Positions 1-9,682 of a DNA stretch of 64,000 bases are shown piece after piece (the first letter of the stretch is position 1; each line of letters begins with the position of its first letter). Made by a program: the position numbers and the translations under genes. A model generated the notes under the pieces. That model worked only from the letters and a program-made list of their open reading frames with translations, searched no databases and was not told the origin of the DNA. Origin of the DNA: Candidatus Kaiserbacteria bacterium RIFCSPHIGHO2_01_FULL_53_31 (lineage in GTDB: Bacteria > Patescibacteriota > Minisyncoccia > Phycocordibacterales > Phycocordibacteraceae); the NCBI GenBank assembly GCA_001781095.1, contig MFKU01000010.1:14254-78253 (forward strand), in the 5' to 3' direction.

Positions 1-517
1 AATTGTACGGCGACCCGAATGCGATAATATTCCCTTGCTTCAGGAATTCTTTCGTCGCACGGTAACCGCTTCTGCCGAAGTCGAGCGCGTGGTTGTTCGA
101 AAGACTGACCGCAGTGATTCCTATGTGCTGCAAAAAAGGTACGGCGGCAGGATTGAAGGTGAACTGTAATTTAGTATGATCAACCTGGGAGATCGAGGGG
201 TTCGTTGTTATCGTGCCTTCGAGATTTGCTACCGTCGCGTCCGCACTTGTGAACATACTCTCCACCTTTGTCGTGAGCGCATCATATCCAACGGCTTTCG
301 CGCGGACGGCTACCGACCGATCAAGCATGATGTCACCTAAAAAGAGAATCCGAACTGGGATGAGCGCCACCGCGCGCGGTTCATGTATATTCGACAATAC
401 CTGCAGTGTTGGAGCACTAACGATGTCAGGCTTGTACAAATATGTACCCGCGAGCGCGACAACGAAGATCGCGCTAACCGAAATCGGATGCAGCAACCGT
501 TTAAACAAAATACCCAT
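1..517 (-). CDS. CapA/PgsA-family metallophosphoesterase, 3'-truncated by the window edge
   Basis: Not in the ORF track. Manual translation from ATG 517: MGILFKRLLHPISVSAIFVVALAG...ILFLGDIMLDRSV...VANLEGTIT...AVSLSNNHALDFG, with the GD, NLE and NNH-D motifs of CapA; N-terminal hydrophobic anchor. Confidence 0.85.
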   Translation of the reverse strand, partial: MGILFKRLLHPISVSAIFVVALAGTYLYKPDIVSAPTLQVLSNIHEPRAVALIPVRILFLGDIMLDRSVAVRAKAVGYDALTTKVESMFTSADATVANLEGTITTNPSISQVDHTKLQFTFNPAAVPFLQHIGITAVSLSNNHALDFGRSGYRATKEFLKQGNIIAFGSPYN

Positions 518-600
518 ATCGGCACGATACCACGGCGAAGCATTGCTCACGTAAACGGATCATCTGGGCGGTACTGCACCGTTTGCTCGACGCATAAAGC

Positions 601-628
601 AGAAAACCTGCCGTAAGGCAGGATTTCT
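601..628. terminator. Hairpin downstream of tRNA-Tyr
   Basis: agaaaacctgcc-gtaa-ggcaggatttct inverted repeat. Confidence 0.6.
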
Positions 629-636
629 CAACTTTG

Positions 637-720
637 TGCGCCGGGTTGGATTCGAACCAACGTAGCCCAATGGGCGACAGGTTTACAGCCTGTTGTAATT
701 GACCACTCTACCACCGACGC
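637..720 (-). tRNA. tRNA-Tyr(GTA), CCA not encoded
   Basis: Reverse complement GCGTCGG...TAGAGTGGTCAA...acagg-CTGTAAA-cctgt...long variable arm...GTTGGTTCGAATCCAAC-CCGGCGC-A; adjacent to tyrS. Confidence 0.95.
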
Positions 721-747
721 GTGGCTCCACTATAGCGGATTTGAATG

Positions 748-2001
748 TTATTTCAAAACGAGAACGAGGACGCCCTGCTTGCCCTTGCGAATGAGGGCGT
801 GACCGCCCGGCAGGTCGCCCGGGAAGATTTTTTGATCTGGGTTCTCGATCGCGAAGTCGTTCAGGAAAATCCCCCTACCTTCGATGAGTCGTCGCACGTC
901 GCTCTTCGAGCTCGCGAGTCCCCCTTTTACCAATATTTCTGAAAGCGGGCTACCACCCTCGATGTCCTGCTTCGTGAGCTCAATTGACGGAGCTTCCGCG
1001 AGCGCGACAGTACGCGCCTCTGCCGAGAGTCCGCTAAATGGCGTACCGCCAAAGAGTGCGTCAGTTGCCGCGGCCACCTGCGCGGCCGCGGCTGGCCCAT
1101 GTACGATCTCAGTCACGAGGCGCGCAAGGGTCTCTTGCGCCTCGCGTTCGGCTGGAGCGGCCTTATGCTTGTCCATCAACACGGTGATCTCCTCGAGCGG
1201 GAGGAAAGTGTACACCTTCAGATATTTCTCGACGTCCTCGTCGGGCAGATTAATCCAGAATTGATAGAACTGAAATGGCGACGTCTTTTTCGTATCAAGC
1301 CACACGGCATTCCCCTCGCTCTTGCCAAACTTCTTCCCGGTTGAGTCAGTTACCAAAGGCACCGTAAACGCATACGCATCTTTACCGAGCTTTTTTCGAA
1401 TCAAATCCACGCCCGAGAGAATGTTTGTCCACTGGTCAGAAGCACCAACCTGCAAATCGCATCTATACTTCTCGTTCAGCGTCAAAAAATCAAGACCTTG
1501 AAGGAGTGCGTACGTAAATTCTGTATACGAAATGCTGTCGTCAGGATTCTCAAGGCGTTTCTTGATAATCTCGCGCTTGATCAAGTTGTTAACGGTGAAG
1601 TGCTTGCCCACGTCGCGAAGGAACGGGATCAATTTCACTTGTCCGAGCCAATCGGCATTGTCTACCATTTCAAATTTAGTCTCGCCAAGAACGCTCTTCA
1701 ATTGTGCCTTGAGCGCTCGTGTGTTTGCCGCAATAGTTTCTTCGTCGAGCATAGTTCGCTCACCTTTCTCCTTTGGGTCCCCGATCATTCCTGTCGCACC
1801 ACCCACAAGGAAAATAAGCTTATGGCCGACGGCACCAAGCCGCTTCATGAGCAAAATAGGAACCAAATGGCCAACGTGCATCGAATCGGCGGTCGGGTCG
1901 ACACCAACGTAGACGGTCCTGTTCTGCGATAGGATCTGCTCGACCGGTGCCGAGAAATCCTCAACCAATCCACGTGCCTTCAATTCTTCAGCAAGAGTCA
2001 T
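748..2001 (-). CDS. tyrS: Tyrosine--tRNA ligase
   Basis: GVDPTADSMHVGH (HIGH), QVGASDQW, KFGKS (KMSKS), C-terminal S4 domain. Confidence 0.97.
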   Translation of the reverse strand: MTLAEELKARGLVEDFSAPVEQILSQNRTVYVGVDPTADSMHVGHLVPILLMKRLGAVGHKLIFLVGGATGMIGDPKEKGERTMLDEETIAANTRALKAQLKSVLGETKFEMVDNADWLGQVKLIPFLRDVGKHFTVNNLIKREIIKKRLENPDDSISYTEFTYALLQGLDFLTLNEKYRCDLQVGASDQWTNILSGVDLIRKKLGKDAYAFTVPLVTDSTGKKFGKSEGNAVWLDTKKTSPFQFYQFWINLPDEDVEKYLKVYTFLPLEEITVLMDKHKAAPAEREAQETLARLVTEIVHGPAAAAQVAAATDALFGGTPFSGLSAEARTVALAEAPSIELTKQDIEGGSPLSEILVKGGLASSKSDVRRLIEGRGIFLNDFAIENPDQKIFPGDLPGGHALIRKGKQGVLVLVLK

Positions 2002-2016
2002 AGAGAAACTATACCA

Positions 2017-3807
2017 CTACGAATTGCTCGCTATAAAGCCGCCGGCCTGGATTTCCCACAGCTTCTTATAAAGATTGCCCTCCTGAGCGATCAGCTCCGC
2101 GTGCGTGCCTGAGAGTATCGCATTGCCATTTTCCATAACAACGATGCGATCCATCTTCATGATTGTCGAGAGGCGATGCGCGATGACGATAACCGTTTTC
2201 CCTTCCATGAGTTTCGCGAGCGCATCTTGAATAAGCGCTTCTGATTCAGAGTCGAGGCTGGACGTCGCCTCGTCAAGCACCAAGATGGGAGCATTCTTCA
2301 AGATTGCGCGCGCGATAGCGATGCGCTGACGCTCGCCGCCAGAGAGCTTGACTCCGCGCTCACCGACATAAGTATTGTATCCGTCCTGCAGTGCCGAAAT
2401 GAATTCGTGGCAATGCGCACGCCTTGCCGCTTCGACGATTTCTTCTTCACTCGCGTCGCGTCTCCCATAGAGGATGTTGTCGCGCAGCGTCCGATGGAAG
2501 AGTATCGGTTCCTGGGGCACGAAGGCAATCGTCTCGTGCAAACTCTTTTGACTCACTTCACGAATATCCTGCCCGTCGATCATGACACTGCCCCCGCATG
2601 TGTCGTAGAGGCGCAGTAACAGCTTTGTGACCGTTGATTTCCCTGCTCCCGAGGGACCGACGAACGCGATTTTCTCGCCGCCCGAGATGTCCAGATTAAA
2701 TTGCCTGAGAATTGGGCGGTCCTCCGAGAAGTAGAACGCAACATCGTCGAAACGGATGGCACCCTCTTTGTATACGAGCGGACGCGCGGCCAGACTATCC
2801 TTAATGCCGTACGGCAGCTCCATAATATCGATCATTTCAGACGCATCGGCGAAAGAGTCATACAAGCGTCGTATCGTGTTGCCGATATTCCAAACCTGAT
2901 CAACAAGTCCGATAATGTAGATCTGAATGAGTACGAAATCACCCACGGTTACCACTCCTTGCCGCCAGAGCATGATTCCTATCCCGAGAAGACCGACCTC
3001 AATAATGATACCGAGACCCTGCTGTATCGCCTGAATCATGTTGTTTGCACTCCACGCGCGGGCCGTCGCCAGTCGCCACATATCGACGATCTCTGCAAAA
3101 GTTTTCTTCTCATACGATGCTGCTGCGAAAAGTGACACGGCCGAATGATTGCCGATGACGTCCGAGAGTGCCCCCGTCATCTTGCTGTCCTGCGCGACGC
3201 GTGCGACTCGAAGCGGATGGTGCCAGTTCGTCATCACGATCTGTAGCGCGATAAACACGACAACCCACACGAGCAGTGCGAGCCCGAGCCAATGGCTACG
3301 CGAATACAATACGGTGATGCTCCCGATCGAGAAAAGCAATGTCGGCAGAAAATTGAAGGCGACGCTATCGAACACCTGTTCGTACGACCGCGAGTATCGA
3401 GTTACCCGCCGCGTGAGCGTGCCTGCGAAGTTTGAGAGGAAGAAGTCGTGGCTGTGGCCGATCAAATTACTAAAGGCATTATTCGCCAAATCTGCCATGG
3501 CATGCACCTCAATATGATTAACAGAAACTAACAGTATTCTTCGAGCAATCCAATTAAATATCGCGAGACCCGCATACGTTGCGAGAATAACCAGCGATAC
3601 CTGTACCACATGGTCTGACGGAGTGCTCTTCGAGAGAACATCTATCAACTGCTTGAGATAGAGCGGAATGGTGATACTCACAAACTGCGTGCCGATGACG
3701 CCGATGATCACGAGCGCTAGGGCCCTCGGATAGCACAAAGATGCTGCGGTATACGCCCGCAGTACTGGCATGACGCGTGTTTGCTTCCTTTTTTCTTCAA
3801 ACGGCAT
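2017..3807 (-). CDS. ABC transporter fused permease/ATPase (MsbA/Atm1-like exporter)
   Basis: N-terminal TM helices, GPSGAGKS, LSGGERQR, LVLDEATSSLD. Start placed at ATG 3807 behind TGcTATCAT. Confidence 0.92.
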   Translation of the reverse strand: MPFEEKRKQTRVMPVLRAYTAASLCYPRALALVIIGVIGTQFVSITIPLYLKQLIDVLSKSTPSDHVVQVSLVILATYAGLAIFNWIARRILLVSVNHIEVHAMADLANNAFSNLIGHSHDFFLSNFAGTLTRRVTRYSRSYEQVFDSVAFNFLPTLLFSIGSITVLYSRSHWLGLALLVWVVVFIALQIVMTNWHHPLRVARVAQDSKMTGALSDVIGNHSAVSLFAAASYEKKTFAEIVDMWRLATARAWSANNMIQAIQQGLGIIIEVGLLGIGIMLWRQGVVTVGDFVLIQIYIIGLVDQVWNIGNTIRRLYDSFADASEMIDIMELPYGIKDSLAARPLVYKEGAIRFDDVAFYFSEDRPILRQFNLDISGGEKIAFVGPSGAGKSTVTKLLLRLYDTCGGSVMIDGQDIREVSQKSLHETIAFVPQEPILFHRTLRDNILYGRRDASEEEIVEAARRAHCHEFISALQDGYNTYVGERGVKLSGGERQRIAIARAILKNAPILVLDEATSSLDSESEALIQDALAKLMEGKTVIVIAHRLSTIMKMDRIVVMENGNAILSGTHAELIAQEGNLYKKLWEIQAGGFIASNS

Positions 3808-3837
3808 AACCTGCCATGATAGCACCGGATGAAGAAA

Positions 3838-4359
3838 TCACCGAGCGACGAAGAAAAGACCGATGGCGGGAGCGACGAACCACCAGAAGAAATATTCTTT
3901 GGGCAGGAAGAGCAGATCGATCGCAGGCGAGAACTGATAGATGGAGGAGACCGGAAAGACGTGATACGCGAGCGCAATGATAAAGGCCGCGCCGAGGAAC
4001 GCGAGTACGACGAGACCGAAAATTCCTATATACAGGAAGTCCGAGACGACCACGCGCCGCAGGATGATATAAAACGCGATGACAAGCGCGAGATACAGAC
4101 CTATATTTGCGAAAAGCGCGGTGACAGGAGGTTGCGTAGGCAGAAGCGACGTGTAGGGGAAAGCGACATAGAGCGCGTATGCGGCATAAAAAGCGAGCAA
4201 CACCGCGACGAACGGTCCGCGGCCGATGTACGATGCAAACAGGAGCAACACACCGAGCAAAATGAGGATGATGAGAAAATCACCTGCCATGCCCCACGCT
4301 GAAAGCGCGGTGTTTGTTGCAAGCGTACTCACCTCTGCGAGACTTGTGCTAGCGGGCAT
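3838..4359 (-). CDS. Hypothetical multi-pass membrane protein
   Basis: 173 aa with about 5 hydrophobic helices; extended -10 TGtTATACT 6 nt before ATG. Confidence 0.75.
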   Translation of the reverse strand: MPASTSLAEVSTLATNTALSAWGMAGDFLIILILLGVLLLFASYIGRGPFVAVLLAFYAAYALYVAFPYTSLLPTQPPVTALFANIGLYLALVIAFYIILRRVVVSDFLYIGIFGLVVLAFLGAAFIIALAYHVFPVSSIYQFSPAIDLLFLPKEYFFWWFVAPAIGLFFVAR

Positions 4360-4377
4360 GCCGTCAGTATAACAACT

Positions 4378-5493
4378 TTAAAGCCCTTCGCTCTTTAAGT
4401 CCTCAATTGCTTTGTGCGCCTTACTCGAGAGCTTATGCGGAAGCGCCGCTTCGAGACGGATGATAAGATCGCCCCTCGATTCCGCTCGGGGTGAACCACC
4501 AAGAGGAACGCCCTTGCCGCGTATGCGCAGTAATTCCTCCGCGCGTTTCATCGGAGGGATCTTAACCTCGAGTACCTTCCCTTCCAAAGTCTCAATCGGG
4601 ACCGTGGTGCCGAGGAGCGCATCGGTAAGCTTGACCGGCAGATCCATCATGAGATTTGATTCCTCACGACGGAAGACTGGATGCGGCTTCACGTGCACCT
4701 TCACATAGAGATCTCCAGCGATACCGCCTTTCACCGCCTCGCCCTGCTGCGGGAGACGAATCATCTCGCCGTTGTCTATACCAGCCGGAATGGAGATTTG
4801 AATTTCTTGTTCCTGGCGTCTCACACCGCGGCCTTTGCATCCCTCGCACTTCTCCTTCGGGATCCTGCCGCTGCCCTCGCAGACCGTGCAGGCACGAACG
4901 CTGGTGAATTGTCCAAGGAGCGAGTTGCGCGTCTCATGCACGCGACCGCTGCCCGAGCAGGTAGCGCAGGTCTCGAGATCGGTACCGCGCTTCGCGCCGT
5001 TCCCTCCGCACACTTCACAGACCGAGACCTTCGCGATGAGCACTTTGCGCGCGGTGCCAAACACCGCATCCTTAAATGAGATTTCGACATCGATGGAGAT
5101 ATCACGTCCTCGTGCTACGCCTCGAGGTGTACCCCCGCGAGAGCTGCTAAATATGTCGCCGAAAATATCTCCGAAATCGAATTCCATTCCGCCCTGACCG
5201 AATCCCTGCTGGAATTGGCTGAAATCGAATCCGCCGAATCCTTGTCCTGCTTGCCCCGAGTCTGTCGAGGAACCGTGCCCGCCGGCAAATGCCTGACCAT
5301 ACGTGTCATATTCGCGGCGCTTCTTATCGTCGCTCAAGACGGAATACGCCTCCGTAATCTCCTTAAACTTTGACTCGTCGGTACCGCCTTTGTCGGGATG
5401 GTACTTGTGCGCGAGCTTCCGAAACGCTTTCTTAATATCGTCCTGCGACGCTTTCTTATCGACCCCAAGTACTTTGTAGTAATCTTTTGTCAT
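4378..5493 (-). CDS. dnaJ: Chaperone DnaJ
   Basis: J-domain HPD, G/F region, four CxxCxGxG repeats. Confidence 0.97.
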   Translation of the reverse strand: MTKDYYKVLGVDKKASQDDIKKAFRKLAHKYHPDKGGTDESKFKEITEAYSVLSDDKKRREYDTYGQAFAGGHGSSTDSGQAGQGFGGFDFSQFQQGFGQGGMEFDFGDIFGDIFSSSRGGTPRGVARGRDISIDVEISFKDAVFGTARKVLIAKVSVCEVCGGNGAKRGTDLETCATCSGSGRVHETRNSLLGQFTSVRACTVCEGSGRIPKEKCEGCKGRGVRRQEQEIQISIPAGIDNGEMIRLPQQGEAVKGGIAGDLYVKVHVKPHPVFRREESNLMMDLPVKLTDALLGTTVPIETLEGKVLEVKIPPMKRAEELLRIRGKGVPLGGSPRAESRGDLIIRLEAALPHKLSSKAHKAIEDLKSEGL

Positions 5494-5564
5494 ATGCGCT
5501 CTATAATACGCCGTCTTAGAATTGTATGCAAAAAGCGGCGATGGAGGCTCTCCTCCACCGCCGC

Positions 5565-5795
5565 TCAGACCTTATAGCTCACGCCTAACTCAAGCATCCA
5601 GTTGCCCTGCTCGTCACATGGATCGATGCACAGTTCCTTGATCACATGCGTCACGGCACCGTTGCAATACGTTATCGTGAGTTCTCCCTTCTCCAGCTGT
5701 TCGCGTTTGAATTCAAGAAATGCCTCATAGTTTGTCCTTGGCACCTTCTCGCTAAAAACGAGAAATCCAGCGCACCATCCTTCGACCGTGTACAT
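5565..5795 (-). CDS. Orphan small protein (76 aa) in its own cassette between dnaK and dnaJ
   Basis: TTGACC-17-TAGAAT promoter (5847..5819), SD GGAAGGGGG, terminator hairpin at about 5535-5564. Confidence 0.6.
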   Translation of the reverse strand: MYTVEGWCAGFLVFSEKVPRTNYEAFLEFKREQLEKGELTITYCNGAVTHVIKELCIDPCDEQGNWMLELGVSYKV

Positions 5796-5849
5796 TTTTT
5801 GTGCCCCCTTCCTGCGGCATTCTACTCTTTGGCCAAGATGAGGTCAATC

Positions 5850-5882
5850 AAAACACCGCGCCCCTCTGGGGCGCGGTGTTTT
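5850..5882 (-). terminator. dnaK terminator
   Basis: aaaacaccgcgcccc-tct-ggggcgcggtgtttt perfect stem with T/A tails. Confidence 0.85.
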
Positions 5883-5889
5883 GAACTAT

Positions 5890-7785
5890 TTAGGGCTTTT
5901 CTTTAAATTCTGCGTCAGTTGGCGCAGCCCCTTCTGGTGGCGGTGAATTGCCAGCATCTTTTTTATCCTCCGTAGCCTTGGCGGAGGAGGACATCATCGC
6001 TTCTCCAATTTTCGAGAGAGTTGTTGAAAGTGCTTCAGTGGCGCTCTTGATAGTTCCCGCGTCTTCGCTATTCTTCGCCGTCTTCAAAGCATCAATCTTG
6101 TCCTGCACTTCTTTCACCAATTCGACGCCGACTTTGTCTCCATTATCCTTGATCGCTTTCTCGGCAGCGTACATCGCTTGGTCAGCGATGTTGCGCACTT
6201 CGACGAGCTCTTTACGTTTCTCGTCGTCTGCGGCATGCGCCTGCGCGTCTGCCTGCATCTTCTCGATGTCGGCCTTCGAGAGGCCGGTGGAGCCCTCGAT
6301 GCGAATGCTCTGCTCCTTGCTTGTGGTCTTCTCCTTCGCCTTCACGGTGAGAATGCCGGACGCATCAACGTCGAAGGTCACTTCGACTTGTGGCATACCG
6401 CGCGGCGCGGGCGGGATACCGTCGAGCATAAATTTGCCGAGTGACTTATTGTCGGCGCTCATCGCGCGCTCGCCCTGCGTGATATGAATCTCCACTGACG
6501 GCTGATTGTCGGCTGCCGTCGAGAAGGTTTGCGAGCGACTAGTCGGGATCGCCGTGTTGCGCTCGACAAGCTTCGTCGCGACGCCGCCCATCGTCTCGAT
6601 GGCGAGCGAGAGCGGGATCACATCGACAAGTAAAATGTCCTTCACATCGCCTTGAAGGATGCCCGCTTGGATCGCTGCACCAATCGCGACTACTTCGTCC
6701 GGGTTCACCGTCATGTTTGGCTTCTTGCCAAAGAACTTTTCGACGGCTGCCTGGATGGCAGGCATGCGCGTCTGGCCGCCGACGAGAATCACTTCTTGAA
6801 TATCTTCCACCTTAAACGGTGACGCTTCCATAGCGCGCTTGCTGATCGCCATCGCACGATCGATAAATTCACTCGACAATTCTTCGAGCTTCGCGCGCGA
6901 CATCTTAATCAACAGGTGCCGGGGACCGGACGCATCACTAGTCAAGAATGGAATATTGATTTCGCTCTCCATAGCGCTCGAGAGCTCGATCTTCGCCTTC
7001 TCTGCCGCCTCGTCGAGACGCTGACGGGCGAGCGCATCGCCGAGCACGTCGATGCCGCTTTCCTTTTTGAATTCAGCCGCGAGCCAGCTGATGATCTTCT
7101 GGTCGATATCCTTCCCGCCCAGGTGCGCGTCGCCGTCGGTACTCTTCACCTCGATAACGTCATCGCCCACTTCAAGCACCGAGATGTCGAAGGTGCCTCC
7201 GCCAAAGTCGAACACGGCGATTTTCTCATCCTTTTTCTTGTTGAAACCGTACGCAAGCGCAGCAGCGGTCGGCTCGTTGATGATGCGCTTTACTTCAAGA
7301 CCCGCGATTTGCCCCGCGGCCTTTGTCGCGCTCCGCTGATCATCGTTAAAGTACGCGGGCACCGTAATCACCGCTTCGGTAATCTTCTCACCGAGCCGCG
7401 CTTCAGCATCGGCCTTTAACTTCCCGAGAATCATCGCAGAGAGCTCTTCGGGGCGGTACCATTTATCATTCATCTTGACCTCGATTCCTCCGTTGTCGGC
7501 CTTGCGCATTTCGAAGGGTACCGACGCTTTATCCTTCTGCACGGCAGACTCGTCGAAAGAATGTCCGATGAAACGCTTGATTTGGAAAATGGTATTCAAG
7601 GGGTTGGTCACCGACTGACGCTTAGCGAGCGTGCCGACGATGCGTTCGCCGTTCTTCCCCACCGCGACGATAGAGGGTGTGGTGCGCGCTCCCTCGGCGT
7701 TCTCGAGAACACGTGGCTCACCACCCTCGACGATCGCCATCGCGCAGTTCGTAGTGCCCAAATCAATACCAAGAATTTTTGCCAT
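5890..7785 (-). CDS. dnaK: Chaperone DnaK
   Basis: GIDLGTTN, TVPAYFND, DFGGGTFD, VGGQTRMP motifs. Confidence 0.98.
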   Translation of the reverse strand: MAKILGIDLGTTNCAMAIVEGGEPRVLENAEGARTTPSIVAVGKNGERIVGTLAKRQSVTNPLNTIFQIKRFIGHSFDESAVQKDKASVPFEMRKADNGGIEVKMNDKWYRPEELSAMILGKLKADAEARLGEKITEAVITVPAYFNDDQRSATKAAGQIAGLEVKRIINEPTAAALAYGFNKKKDEKIAVFDFGGGTFDISVLEVGDDVIEVKSTDGDAHLGGKDIDQKIISWLAAEFKKESGIDVLGDALARQRLDEAAEKAKIELSSAMESEINIPFLTSDASGPRHLLIKMSRAKLEELSSEFIDRAMAISKRAMEASPFKVEDIQEVILVGGQTRMPAIQAAVEKFFGKKPNMTVNPDEVVAIGAAIQAGILQGDVKDILLVDVIPLSLAIETMGGVATKLVERNTAIPTSRSQTFSTAADNQPSVEIHITQGERAMSADNKSLGKFMLDGIPPAPRGMPQVEVTFDVDASGILTVKAKEKTTSKEQSIRIEGSTGLSKADIEKMQADAQAHAADDEKRKELVEVRNIADQAMYAAEKAIKDNGDKVGVELVKEVQDKIDALKTAKNSEDAGTIKSATEALSTTLSKIGEAMMSSSAKATEDKKDAGNSPPPEGAAPTDAEFKEKP

Positions 7786-7907
7786 AATTAAATAGGTTAC
7801 GTAGTAATGATTCTACGGAAATGCAGGGAGGAGTGCAAGCAAAACAAAAGAGAGTTGAATTGGCCTAGCGGCCCGAGCGCTCTATTTTGTTTTGCTTGCC
7901 GACGACC

Positions 7908-8450
7908 TTATCCGCCAAAATGTGCAACGCGGACTTTTGCCGGACGTATCACCGAGCCGTTAATGCACCAGCCTTTTTCAAGTACCGCTATGATTTTATT
8001 GTCGTTCTCTGAATCTTGAGTGGCGTCCTGCCCAAACGCTTCGTGCATCGCCGGGTCGAACTGCTCGCCCACCTTCCCCACCTCCTCGAGCCCGAGTGAC
8101 GCGAATGCACTCTCGATCTGCCGCGCGATTGCCGTAAATCCTTCTGGAATCTCTCCATGCTCTTTAGAACGCTCGAGCGCGTCAAACGCCGGTAAGAGAG
8201 TTCCAACAGCCTTCACCTTACCTCTCAATTCCGACGCTTTAGTGTCTCCCTCTATTCGCTTCAAGAGATTCACATAATCCGCCTTGGCCCGCTGCCAGCC
8301 GTCCATATATTCCTGTTTCTCCTTCCGACATGCGCTTAGCTCGTCACGCAATTTTGCGATCTTGTTTCCCTCGAGGGACTCGGGATCTTCGCATCCTTCG
8401 GGTGCCTCAGGATCCTCGACCTCGATTTTTACATAATCTTCCCCATCCAT
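7908..8450 (-). CDS. grpE: Nucleotide exchange factor GrpE
   Basis: RAKADYVN, FDPAMHEA, KGW...IRPAKVRV; upstream of dnaK. Confidence 0.95.
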   Translation of the reverse strand: MDGEDYVKIEVEDPEAPEGCEDPESLEGNKIAKLRDELSACRKEKQEYMDGWQRAKADYVNLLKRIEGDTKASELRGKVKAVGTLLPAFDALERSKEHGEIPEGFTAIARQIESAFASLGLEEVGKVGEQFDPAMHEAFGQDATQDSENDNKIIAVLEKGWCINGSVIRPAKVRVAHFGG

Positions 8451-8502
8451 CTCTCCACTATGCCTGAAATTGCGATTTTTTTCAAATGTTCAATAAAGAT
8501 AT

Positions 8503-8531
8503 GCAAGAAATCGCCTAACGGCGATTTCTTG
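8503..8531 (-). terminator. rpsI terminator
   Basis: caagaaatcgcc-taac-ggcgatttcttg stem. Confidence 0.7.
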
Positions 8532-8536
8532 TGAGA

Positions 8537-8932
8537 CTAACGTTTGCTCCATTGCTTGCGTTTACGCGCCTTCACGAGGCCCGGTTTCTTTCGTTCCTTG
8601 GCGCGCGGATCGCGCGTGAGGAAGTGCGCAGCCTTTAGCTTCGCACGAGTGCCCGGTTCAGCCTTGATAATCGCGCGAGAGATAGCGTGGCGAAGTGCAT
8701 CCGCTTGTGCCGCGATGCCGCCGCCTTCGACATGTGCGGCCACTGCGTAGTGCTCCGCGCTCTCGGCCATCGCGAGCGCCTCCTCGGCGACCTTCGCGCG
8801 TTCACTGGTCTTAAAATAATCTTTGACGCTCTTGCCGTTGACCATCACCGATGACTTCGACGCGGCAATCATCCGCACGCTCGCGGTAGCGGTCTTGCGG
8901 CGCCCGACTGCGGTAATAAATTTCGTTGCCAT
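8537..8932 (-). CDS. rpsI: 30S ribosomal protein S9
   Basis: GRRKTATA, LTRDPRAKERKKPG, QWSKR. Confidence 0.97.
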   Translation of the reverse strand: MATKFITAVGRRKTATASVRMIAASKSSVMVNGKSVKDYFKTSERAKVAEEALAMAESAEHYAVAAHVEGGGIAAQADALRHAISRAIIKAEPGTRAKLKAAHFLTRDPRAKERKKPGLVKARKRKQWSKR

Positions 8933-8935
8933 ATA

Positions 8936-9301
8936 TTATGCGTGCACTATTAAATTCTTCATGCGTGGCGTGCGAAGTTTGTTGCGTGGGATCATTCCAT
9001 CAACCGTCTTCTTCACGACCTCTTCTATTCCCTTCTTCGTGATCATCTCGTCCATGCGGATCGAGCGCTGACCGCCTGGATACCCCGTGTAGTGGAGATA
9101 CACCTTCCCCTCCGTCCGGCGTTTCGGGAGATGCAGTTTGCTCGCGTTCTCGATAACGACCTTCACCGGAAGCGCTTGATTCTTGACGAAGTGCACCGAA
9201 CGCTTCCCGAGAAGCGCGTGCGCCGCCTCGCTCGCCACGCGTCCAAGCGTACGATCAGTCGCATCGATGGTATGAGTTGTCGGTTTCATTAAAGTGCTCA
9301 T
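8936..9301 (-). CDS. rplM: 50S ribosomal protein L13
   Basis: IDATDRTLGRVAS, HYTGYPGG, GMIPRNKLR. True start is ATG 9301 or 9289; the 9679 start in the track overlaps rplQ. Confidence 0.95.
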   Translation of the reverse strand: MSTLMKPTTHTIDATDRTLGRVASEAAHALLGKRSVHFVKNQALPVKVVIENASKLHLPKRRTEGKVYLHYTGYPGGQRSIRMDEMITKKGIEEVVKKTVDGMIPRNKLRTPRMKNLIVHA

Positions 9302-9306
9302 AGTAT

Positions 9307-9660
9307 CTACACAAACGCGATATACGCAAGCTTGCGTGCATCGTTCGCGCCGCGCTTCGTGCGCTTCACCACGCGTGTGTACCCGCCCTTCCGATCGGCA
9401 TAGCGCGGACCGATCGTGCCAAAGAGTTTCTTCACCGAGGCCGTGTCGCCGAGCCGCATCTGCGTAAGCCGTCGGCTCGCGAGCGTGTTCTTCTTTGCGT
9501 AGGTCACTAACCGCTCGACGAACGGTCGCAACTCTTTCGCCTTCGCCTCGGTTGTCGAGATGCGCTCGTGCATGACGAGCGAGCGAGCGAGCGAACGCAA
9601 GAGCGCCCGGCGCTGATTCGCCGGCCGACCGAAGACTCTCGCTTTTTTGGTGTATGCCAT
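9307..9660 (-). CDS. rplQ: 50S ribosomal protein L17
   Basis: QRRALLRSL, ISTTEAKAKE, RKGGYTRVVK; start at ATG 9660. Confidence 0.95.
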   Translation of the reverse strand: MAYTKKARVFGRPANQRRALLRSLARSLVMHERISTTEAKAKELRPFVERLVTYAKKNTLASRRLTQMRLGDTASVKKLFGTIGPRYADRKGGYTRVVKRTKRGANDARKLAYIAFV

Positions 9661-9682
9661 ACGTGTTCCAACAATCCAATGC

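Noticed and set aside
7815-7840. CIRCE element before dnaK; also the TTAGTGCT motif at 13.86 and 25.3 kb
   Set aside because: Only a half-site-like TTGCACTC is present; no TTAGCACTC-N9-GAGTGCTAA inverted repeat.
9302-9679. N-terminally extended L13 (247 aa in the track); similar extensions for rpoB, mltG, pepF, nusB and rpmF
   Set aside because: Upstream in-frame starts overlap neighbouring genes or promoters; homology begins at the downstream ATG.
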